Below are positions 1 through 7,600 of a DNA stretch of 13,533 nt, piece by piece. The position numbers were made by a program, and so were the translations under genes. This DNA is from Verrucomicrobiota bacterium. GTDB lineage: Bacteria; Verrucomicrobiota; Verrucomicrobiia; Verrucomicrobiales; DEV007. The notes under the pieces are model-generated. The model was not told the origin of the DNA. It worked only from the letters and a program-made list of their open reading frames with translations, and searched no databases. Positions within the stretch are counted from its first letter, which is position 1. Every line of letters begins with the position of its first letter. The stretch is taken from the NCBI GenBank assembly GCA_045046875.1, contig JASFYY010000023.1, forward strand, positions 1 through 13,533, read 5' to 3'.

Positions 1-826
1 GGAAGTCATTGAGCGTTTACGGGATACTCTGGGAAAAGGGGAGCCTATCATCGCCGCAGGTGCCGGCACGGGTATCAGTGCCAAATTTATTGAAAAAGGA
101 GGAGCGGACCTGATCATCATTTATAATTCCGGCCGTTACCGGATGATGGGCCATGGTTCGATCGCCGGGATGATGGGTTATGGTGATGCCAATGCCACGG
201 CGATGGAGATCGGTGAGTTCGAGGTGCTTCCAGTGGTTGAGGAAATCCCGGTGATCTGCGGAGTCCACTGCACCGACCCTCGCCGCCGGATGTGGCACTG
301 GTTGCAACAAGTTCAGGCGATGGGTTTCTCCGGCATGAACAATTTTCCCACCCACTCGATCATCGATGGGAATTTTCGCCAGCAGTTGGAAGAGACCGGG
401 ATGGGAGTACACAAAGAGGTGGAAACCGTCGCTCTGTCACGTAGGATGGATATTTTTTCCATCGTTTATGTCGCTTCGCCAAAAGAGGCGCAGGCGATGG
501 CTGAAGCCGGCGCGGATGTGATCATCGCTCACGTAGGCTGCACGGTTGGCGGGTCGATCGGGGTGACAGATAGTGTGATGTCATTGGACGATGCGGCGAT
601 TGCCACCCAGGCGATCATCGATGCCGGGAGGTCTGTCCGCGATGATGTGATCTATCTGTCCCACGGGGGTCCGATCGCTACACCCGCCGATGCGGCGTTT
701 ATCAATGAGCGCACCGAGGCAGTAGGTTTTGTTGGGGCTTCCAGCCTTGAGCGCATGGCGGTGGAGGATTCGCTGACAAACTTAACACGGGAGTTCAAGT
801 CGATTCCAGTCGGGCGCACCACATAG
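1..826 (+). CDS. Phosphoenolpyruvate hydrolase-like / TIM-barrel signal transduction family protein (5'-truncated; homologous to the C-terminal TIM barrel of plant Tm-1)
   Basis: The frame is open from nt 2 (EVIERLRDTLGKGEPIIAAGAGTGISAKFIEKGGADLIIIYNSGRYRMMG...), so the ORF-track start at 143 is internal. Family motifs GAGTGISAK, GADLIIIYNSGR, GDAN, NFPT, HGGPIATP and GASSLER are present. It lies next to its usual partner UPF0261. Confidence 0.9.
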   Translation, partial: EVIERLRDTLGKGEPIIAAGAGTGISAKFIEKGGADLIIIYNSGRYRMMGHGSIAGMMGYGDANATAMEIGEFEVLPVVEEIPVICGVHCTDPRRRMWHWLQQVQAMGFSGMNNFPTHSIIDGNFRQQLEETGMGVHKEVETVALSRRMDIFSIVYVASPKEAQAMAEAGADVIIAHVGCTVGGSIGVTDSVMSLDDAAIATQAIIDAGRSVRDDVIYLSHGGPIATPADAAFINERTEAVGFVGASSLERMAVEDSLTNLTREFKSIPVGRTT

Positions 827-833
827 CGCAGGT

Positions 834-2063
834 ATGAAACAAAAAAACAAAACCATTGCAGTTCTGGGAACCCTTGATTCGAAAGGCGAGGAACACGCTT
901 TTGTCGCCGGCTTGATTCGAGCACGCGGCCATGTGCCTTTGTTGATCGATGTCGGGACCGGCGGTCCGGCTACAGTTAGGCCGGACATCAGCCGTGAGGA
1001 AGTGGCCGCTGCAGGAGACATCGATCTCGCTGTTCTCATGGCACAGAAAGACCGCGGACAATGTGTCTCCGCGATGAGTCAGGCAGCGCCAATCCTTCTA
1101 GCCAGACTGGCGGAGGAAGGCAGGATCCACGGTGTTATATCCCTGGGCGGCGGTGGCGGAACGGCGGTCGGAACGGCTGCGATGCGTGGGTTGTCGATTG
1201 GTTTTCCCAAGCTCATGGTGTCCACGTTGGCGAGCGGCAACACGGCGCATTACCTGGAGTCGAAAGATATCACCATGATGCCAAGTGTTGTGGATATCAG
1301 CGGGCTCAACCGGATATCCAGGCTTATATTTACCCGCGCAGCGGGGGCAATTTGCGGCATGGTGGATGCGGATATGGATTCGGGTGCGTCAGTAAATCAG
1401 CGTCCGCTGATTGCCGCCAGTATGTTTGGCAATACGACCGAATGCGTCGAGGCAGCGCGTGTCATTCTTGAAAAGTCGGGCTACGAAGTGTTGGTTTTCC
1501 ATGCCACGGGAGCCGGAGGAAAAACCATGGAAGCCCTGATAGCCGAGGGACTGGTTGAGGGTGTTCTCGACATCACTACCACTGAGTGGGCTGATGAACT
1601 GGTCGGCGGAACCCTGGCGGCCGGACCGAGGCGGCTCGATGCAGCAGGAATAGCGGGGGTTCCGGCCATTGTCACTCCGGGCTGCCTCGACATGGTCAAT
1701 TTTGGTGCCCGAGACACGGTGCCGGATAAATACGAGGGGCGCAATTTTTACATCCATAACCCCCAAGTCACCCTGATGCGGACGACAGCGGAGGAATGTG
1801 CTCGACTTGGGAAAATCCTGGCGGATAAAGTCAACGACTATAGCGCGCCATGCACCGTGCTTCTGCCGATGAAGGCCGTTAGTATCATCAGTGCCGAAGG
1901 CCAGCCCTTCTATGATCTGGAGGCCGACCGGGCTCTGTTCGGCGCCATTAGGGGGCATCTTTCCAGTAAAATCAGCTTAGTCGAGGTGGATGCGGAAATT
2001 AACGATCCCGAATTTTCCAAAGCCTGTGCACAGGCTTTGTTAGAGAATATCGCCAGGAAATAG
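834..2063 (+). CDS. Tm-1-like ATP-binding domain protein (UPF0261)
   Basis: 409 aa with GTLDSKGEE, GGGGGT, FPKLMVST, SMFGNTT, VFHATGAGGKTME, DITTTEWADE, LDMVNFG and HNPQVTLMRT motifs. It starts 7 nt after the upstream stop. Confidence 0.92.
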   Translation: MKQKNKTIAVLGTLDSKGEEHAFVAGLIRARGHVPLLIDVGTGGPATVRPDISREEVAAAGDIDLAVLMAQKDRGQCVSAMSQAAPILLARLAEEGRIHGVISLGGGGGTAVGTAAMRGLSIGFPKLMVSTLASGNTAHYLESKDITMMPSVVDISGLNRISRLIFTRAAGAICGMVDADMDSGASVNQRPLIAASMFGNTTECVEAARVILEKSGYEVLVFHATGAGGKTMEALIAEGLVEGVLDITTTEWADELVGGTLAAGPRRLDAAGIAGVPAIVTPGCLDMVNFGARDTVPDKYEGRNFYIHNPQVTLMRTTAEECARLGKILADKVNDYSAPCTVLLPMKAVSIISAEGQPFYDLEADRALFGAIRGHLSSKISLVEVDAEINDPEFSKACAQALLENIARK

Positions 2064-2108
2064 AAGGCGAATTACAAGTTTAAGATTTAAGACAAAACCA
2101 TCAGACTC

Positions 2109-2417
2109 ATGTCCCAAGTAAAACATTACGGCTGCTTCGAATTCAAGGCCGGAACCAGCGACCAACAGATTAAAGAATGTTTCGCAACCATGGCGACTAT
2201 GGTGGGCAAGATTTCAGGTTTGCTTGATTTCAACTATGGCCCCTATGATTCCGCCGAGGGGCTTAACGACCGTTTCACTCACGGTTTCATCATGACCTTT
2301 GAAAGTCCCGAGGCACGAGATCAATACCTTCCCCATCCCCTGCACGAGGAGGTCAAAGACTTTGTTGTTCCTAAATTGGAGCGTGTGGTGGTCTTTGATT
2401 TTAATATGCCGGAGTGA
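2109..2417 (+). CDS. Dabb family (stress-responsive dimeric alpha/beta-barrel) protein
   Basis: 102 aa. N-terminal VKH...FK, FTHGFIMTFES, RDQYLPHPLH and C-terminal VVFDF are typical of Dabb proteins. Confidence 0.9.
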   Translation: MSQVKHYGCFEFKAGTSDQQIKECFATMATMVGKISGLLDFNYGPYDSAEGLNDRFTHGFIMTFESPEARDQYLPHPLHEEVKDFVVPKLERVVVFDFNMPE

Positions 2418-2424
2418 GTAGGTA

Positions 2425-3582
2425 ATGGACGAGACCTTTGATTCGAGATACCCGTCGATCGAGTGCCTTCGCAGGCAGGCATGTAGGCGTTTGCCCCGCT
2501 TTGTCTTCGAGTACCTCGAGGGAGGTTGTTTCTCGGAGGTTAATCTGCGACGCAATACGGAGGAGATTCGTCAAGTCCAGCTTGAGCCCTATTATCTGCG
2601 AGATTACCCGAGATCGGATCAAAAAACACAGCTGTTTGGCCAGACCTACGATGCGCCCTTTGGTATTTCTCCGATTGGCTTGCAAGGTTTGATATGGCCG
2701 GGGGCGACAGAGATTCTCGCGCAGGCTGCTCACGACCAGAACATACCTTTTATTCTCAGTACCGTTGCGACGGCGAGCATTGAAGCGGTGGCTGAGATCA
2801 CCGAAGGAAAAGCCTGGTTTCAGCTTTATCATCCGAGGGAGGATTCCCTGCGGGACAAATTACTCGATCGCGCTTCCGATGCCGGATTCCCCGTTCTTGT
2901 TCTGCTGGCAGACACACCGACCTTTGCTTATCGGCCCAAGGAGATCAAAAACGGATTGTCGATTCCGCCCAGGATGTCTTTGCGCAATGTGTTGCAAATG
3001 ACCACCCGGCCCACTTGGTCGCTTGGTCAGCTTCTCGCAGGAGTGCCGGAATTCAAGACGATGCAGCCTTACATGCCCAAAGGACTGAGCATGAAACATC
3101 TCGGGCAATTTATGGATAAGACTTTTTCAGGTCGCCTTAATGAAAGAAAAATCGCAGCGATCCGTGATCGATGGAAGGGTAAGTTGGTGGTAAAAGGTAT
3201 CGTGAATGGCGAGGATTTGGAAAAGGCGATTGAGCTTGGAGCCGATGGCATCATCGTCTCGAATCACGGTGGTCGTCAACTGGACTCCGGTCAGTCGTCC
3301 ATCAAGGCGCTGGAAAATTTAGCTGCAGATTATGGTGACCGCACCACCTTGATGATCGATAGCGGCCTGCGCGAGGGTCAGGACGTGGCGAGTGCTTTGG
3401 CTTGTGGTGCCAAATTCACCTTTCTGGGAAGGTCGTTTATGTACGGGGTGGGGGCTCTCGGCAAGAAGGGTGGCTGCCACACCATTACGATGCTCAAGCG
3501 GCAACTGCGTCAGGTCATGGAGCAAGTGGCTTGCGAACGGGTCGGGGATTTTCCCAAGCATTTGCTTTGCCACCGTGATTGA
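2425..3582 (+). CDS. FMN-dependent alpha-hydroxy-acid oxidase/dehydrogenase (L-lactate dehydrogenase [cytochrome]-like)
   Basis: 385 aa with PRFVFEYLEGG, PFGISP, WFQLY, LVVKGI, the signature SNHGGRQLD, DSGLR and FLGR. GGAG lies at 2411-2414 upstream of the ATG. The substrate cannot be determined from sequence. Confidence 0.92.
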   Translation: MDETFDSRYPSIECLRRQACRRLPRFVFEYLEGGCFSEVNLRRNTEEIRQVQLEPYYLRDYPRSDQKTQLFGQTYDAPFGISPIGLQGLIWPGATEILAQAAHDQNIPFILSTVATASIEAVAEITEGKAWFQLYHPREDSLRDKLLDRASDAGFPVLVLLADTPTFAYRPKEIKNGLSIPPRMSLRNVLQMTTRPTWSLGQLLAGVPEFKTMQPYMPKGLSMKHLGQFMDKTFSGRLNERKIAAIRDRWKGKLVVKGIVNGEDLEKAIELGADGIIVSNHGGRQLDSGQSSIKALENLAADYGDRTTLMIDSGLREGQDVASALACGAKFTFLGRSFMYGVGALGKKGGCHTITMLKRQLRQVMEQVACERVGDFPKHLLCHRD

Positions 3583-3606
3583 ATGGGGAGGGGAGTGTGT
3601 TAAGGT
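3579..3606 (+). promoter_or_regulatory. Putative sigma70 promoter for the AraC gene
   Basis: TTGAAT (3579-3584), 16-nt spacer, TAAGGT (3601-3606), preceded by TG at the extended -10 position (3598-3599). The ATG follows 9 nt later. AAGGTG at 3602-3607 could instead be a Shine-Dalgarno site. Confidence 0.35.
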
Positions 3607-3615
3607 GAGTTCCTC

Positions 3616-4494
3616 ATGGGAGAAGATTCTGAGAGTCGGGACATTGATATTTTAGGCGACTCCACACGTTTGGAAGTGGTACGTGCCGATGCCGGTGACT
3701 CCAGAGAGTGGCTTCGCGATGCTTTGCTTTGTTCGTTGTTTAAGGATCATCACATTGCTCATGTAGGCAGGATGTGGGCTTGCCCACCCTTTCAGATTCG
3801 CAGGGCCGAGGCCTCTGGCACGTTTGTTTTGGTCGGGATTGAGGGTGAGGGCGAGACTTTGATCGATGGGGAGTGGCGTACAGTGGGGCAGGGGGAAATC
3901 TGCCTTCTACCGGCTTTTGCCCCGACAGAAATTCGTGCCAGGAATAATGATACATGGGAGTTTGCCTGGGTGCGGTATGAAGAAGAACGTGAGCGCGCCC
4001 CTATCCTTTCTTCGAACAGCCCGGTCATTCACAAGGGAATTGTTCACCCACTGGCCTATGCCATCGCGGGTTTGGCCGCTGAGCTTGAAAACGATCAGGC
4101 CGAGCCGGCCGCCCTCCACCATTGGGTCGAGCTGATCCATGGTTTTGTCCAACGGGCGGCGCGCCCTTACCAGGGAGACGACCGTTTGTGGCGAGTCTGG
4201 GAAGCCGTCGAGAAAGATTTGACGAAGAATTGGCGACTGGAGGATTTGGAGAAAATCGCCCATCTCAGCCAGGAGCATTTGCGCCGTTTGTCACAGCAAC
4301 AGCTTGGCCGCAGCCCTGTTCAGCAAGTTACCTATCTGCGTATGCGCCGGGCCGTGGAGCTGCTCGCCAGCAGCGACGACAAGATTGAATCAGTAGCTTA
4401 TGAAGTAGGTTATGAAAACCCCTTTACCTTCTCGAATGCTTTCAAGCGTTGGACGGGCAGGAGGCCGTCCGAATACCGTGAGGGCAGGAAGTGA
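3616..4494 (+). CDS. AraC/XylS family transcriptional regulator
   Basis: 292 aa. N-terminal cupin-like sensor (GEGETLIDGEWRTVGQGEICLLP) and C-terminal double HTH (LEKIAHLSQEHLRRL...LRMRRAVELL...IESVAYEVGYENPFTFSNAFKRWTGRRPSEYR). Confidence 0.95.
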   Translation: MGEDSESRDIDILGDSTRLEVVRADAGDSREWLRDALLCSLFKDHHIAHVGRMWACPPFQIRRAEASGTFVLVGIEGEGETLIDGEWRTVGQGEICLLPAFAPTEIRARNNDTWEFAWVRYEEERERAPILSSNSPVIHKGIVHPLAYAIAGLAAELENDQAEPAALHHWVELIHGFVQRAARPYQGDDRLWRVWEAVEKDLTKNWRLEDLEKIAHLSQEHLRRLSQQQLGRSPVQQVTYLRMRRAVELLASSDDKIESVAYEVGYENPFTFSNAFKRWTGRRPSEYREGRK

Positions 4495-4610
4495 TGGTAT
4501 AAGGCTTGCGAATGGCCGAATGCGCATGTGGATTTGCAACATGGCGTGTCTGGATATTAGGGTTCATGTTGACTGTGCCGTTTTTGCATTCACCCCCCCA
4601 CCAACAAGTT

Positions 4611-7600
4611 ATGAAAACCCAAATTTTGTTCACATACATCCTGTGCCTTGCCTCTGCGGCGTCCCTGTTTGGTCAGGAAAAAAAAGAAGCCGTGGCGATC
4701 TTCGATGGCAAAACCCTGGACGGTTGGAATTATGATCCCAAGGTCTGGCGAGTAGAAGACGGTATCATCACCGGGGGCTCTCGAACCGAGAAGATCAAGA
4801 AAAATTATTTTATCTCCACCAAGAAGAGCTATCAGAACTTTGATCTAAAATTGAAGATCAAGGTTAGTGGCGATCCAACTACAGGCATGCTCAACAGTGG
4901 GATTCAGATCCGCAGTATGCGGGTGCCGGGCGGCGCCCACATGAGCGGCTACCAAATCGATTGTGGCAAGGGATGGTTCGGCAAGATCTACGACGAGTTC
5001 CGCCGCAACAAGGTGATCGCCAAACAAGTCGATGCGGTGGCTTTGGATAAGGTGGTCGAGGTTTACGGTTGGAACGAATACCGGATTCTCGCTGAGGGGT
5101 CGCGCATCCGCACTTGGATCAACGGAGTGTTGGCAATCGATTACACCGAGCAGGATAAGAACATCGCACTCGACGGTCTCATTGGACCACAGGTTCACAG
5201 TGGCGGGGTTTGTCTGGTGGAGGTCAAGGATGTGACGATCAGGGAACTGCCTGCCACCCCCGATGCTTCGACTTGGCAATCACTGGGTGGAGTGGAGGCG
5301 GCGAGGAAGCTGGTCGCTCCGCGGAAACGAGGGAAATTAAAGGGAAAAAAACCAAAAGCCAAAGCGAGAAAAAAAGTTCAGTCCGAGAGAAGCGTAGCGC
5401 GCAGTCCCGCCGAGCAGTTGGCAGGCTTCACAGTGGCGGAGGGGTTTGAAATCGAATTGGTCGCGTCGGAGGAAAACGGAGTTATCAATCCGATCGATCT
5501 TGCGTTTGATGATGCAGGACGTTTGTGGACGCAGACTGCCCGGATGTATCCACTTGATCCGGTCAGTGGGATCAAGTGGGGCGATTTGCTCAAGCTGATG
5601 GATGACCCGGTGGCGCAGGCTGAAAACCCGGGCTTTGCCCGCATTCGTGATTTGTACCGTTTGAAAAACAAAGGGGAGGACAAGATTCTGATTCTGAAAA
5701 ATCCCGCCCAGGCTGCAAAAGGGCTGCTCCACGTCTGGGCGGACGGGCTTTCGATTCCTCAAAGCATCCTGCCCTATAAAGATGGAGCGTATGTCGCTCA
5801 TGGATCGGAGCTGTTCCTGCTTCGCGACACGGATGGCAATGGCAAATCCGACAAAATGGAACCTGTGCTTAGCGGTTTTGGTTTTACCGATACTCACACG
5901 ATGTCTCACGTGCTGGTGCGAGCACCGGGTTCCTGGATCAATTTTTCCCAGGGGGCTTTGAACAAGGGAGAGGTGGAGGTGCTTGCCAGCGGACAAAAGT
6001 TACGAGTCGATTATTCTTGCCAGCTTCGTTTTGCACTGGATCATAAGACTCTCGAAATCGTGTCGACTGGACCGAATAATATGTGGGGTCTGCAACTACG
6101 CGGCAACGGGCAGTGGTATGGCACTGAGGCGAACGATCTGGGTTACTCCATTGTCCCTTTCGAGTCCGGTACGGCGATCCCCGGAATCGGACGGCCACAA
6201 ATCCGTCCTTACCAGCCACCGTTGCCAAATCTGCATTCGTTTCGAGTGGGCGGCACCGGTATTTCCGCGCTTGCGTTTTCCGATGACTTGGAAGGCGGAT
6301 TTTCCAAGGAATGGAAAGATGTCGCCCTGCTCGGCAATCCGATCACTTCGACCATCAACGCCGTGCGTATCAACCGTCGGTCCGATGGCAGTGTCGAAGC
6401 CGAGCATCTGCCTGATTTCCTAACTTCAAAAGATGACTGGTTCCGTCCGGTGAACATGGAGTTTGGCCCCGACGGTTGTCTTTATATCGTGGATTTCTAT
6501 AACAAAATTATCTCTCATAATGAGGTCAGCACTGGGCACCCTGACCGTGACCGTAGCCATGGGCGTATTTGGAGGGTCCGGCACAAATCCCAGACACGAC
6601 GAAACGTTCTTGACGTTTCCAGGGCGAGTTCAGATCAATTACTGACGCATCTCCAGGCTCCGATCCTGTGGGAGAAACGTGCCGCCTGGCATCAGATCGT
6701 CGACCGTGGTTTGGTCGAACTGGCTGCAAAGTTAGTTGAACTGGCTGCCAACCGTAAAGTTGATGCCATTACGCGAATTCATGCGCTGTGGTCACTTGAG
6801 GGACTTGATCGCTTTGACGCTGGGTTGTTAGGCAAATTAGTCAAAGAACAAGACCGTGACTTGCGCAGAGAGGCGGTTCGCTCCCTGATGTCCTTTGACA
6901 TTCTTCCGGGGGAGGTCGCTGCCTTGCTTGCGGATTCCATCGAAGATGGGGACGCCATGGTGAGGTCGCAGGCCTTGCGCACACTGGGCGGTCTGCGACA
7001 AGCGGACGAGTCGATCATTGCTTTATTGATTTCCGCCTGCAAACCCGCCCTGGAGGGTAATGCCATGGGAGGCTCCTACGAGCGGAACCTGGAGCGTTTC
7101 CTCGCGCGTAAAGCGCTGGAAAAATTTCCTACTCAATTAAAAAACTATCTGCAAACCAAGTCCGGCCAACATCCGGCAGGAAACATTCTGTGGGCAATTC
7201 AAACCTTGGATGATCATTCCAAAACAATGGCTTTCCTCGCAATTTGGAAAAAAGTATCAAAGCAAAAACTAGACGCGGAAACTTTCGTTGCCATCGTGGG
7301 CATGCTCAACAACAAGGAGGTCTACACAGCTGTGGCAGCGGCCTTTCAGGATCCGGATAAGGCGGAGTATCACGTTGGTCTTGCTTTGAACCATTTGTCC
7401 CGAGTGCAGTCGCCGCAATTGATCAGGATGCTTGTTCCTCTGGTTCGCGCTTTGTTGGATTCACCGGAAACTCTTCGTCTCGGGCTTGGGGCTGTAGCAA
7501 AGCTCAAAATCAGAGGAGTAACTAGTCAACTAGCTAAAGTGGAGGTCGGGGATGATGATGAGCTGCTCCGCTTGCTCATGTCGGCCCAGTCGGTAGAGGC

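Noticed and set aside
143..826. ORF-track start at 143 for the first gene
   Set aside because: The frame is open to the window edge and conserved motifs (GAGTGISAK, IYNSGR) lie upstream of 143, so the gene is 5'-truncated.
1..2063. Tm-1 homologues as an anti-phage system
   Set aside because: Plant Tm-1 antiviral activity depends on binding a specific viral helicase. The context here is metabolic, with no defence or mobile genes. It is not excluded but has no support.
4506..4610. 35-aa N-terminal extension of the large fusion protein from TTG 4506
   Set aside because: ATG 4611 places a canonical signal peptide at the N-terminus. The extension looks like translated intergenic DNA.
4409..4620. 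13-bp direct repeat GTTATGAAAACCC (4409-4421 and 4608-4620)
   Set aside because: One copy encodes the conserved AraC GYEN(P) segment and the other is a start-codon region in a different frame. No element lies between them, so coincidence is likely.
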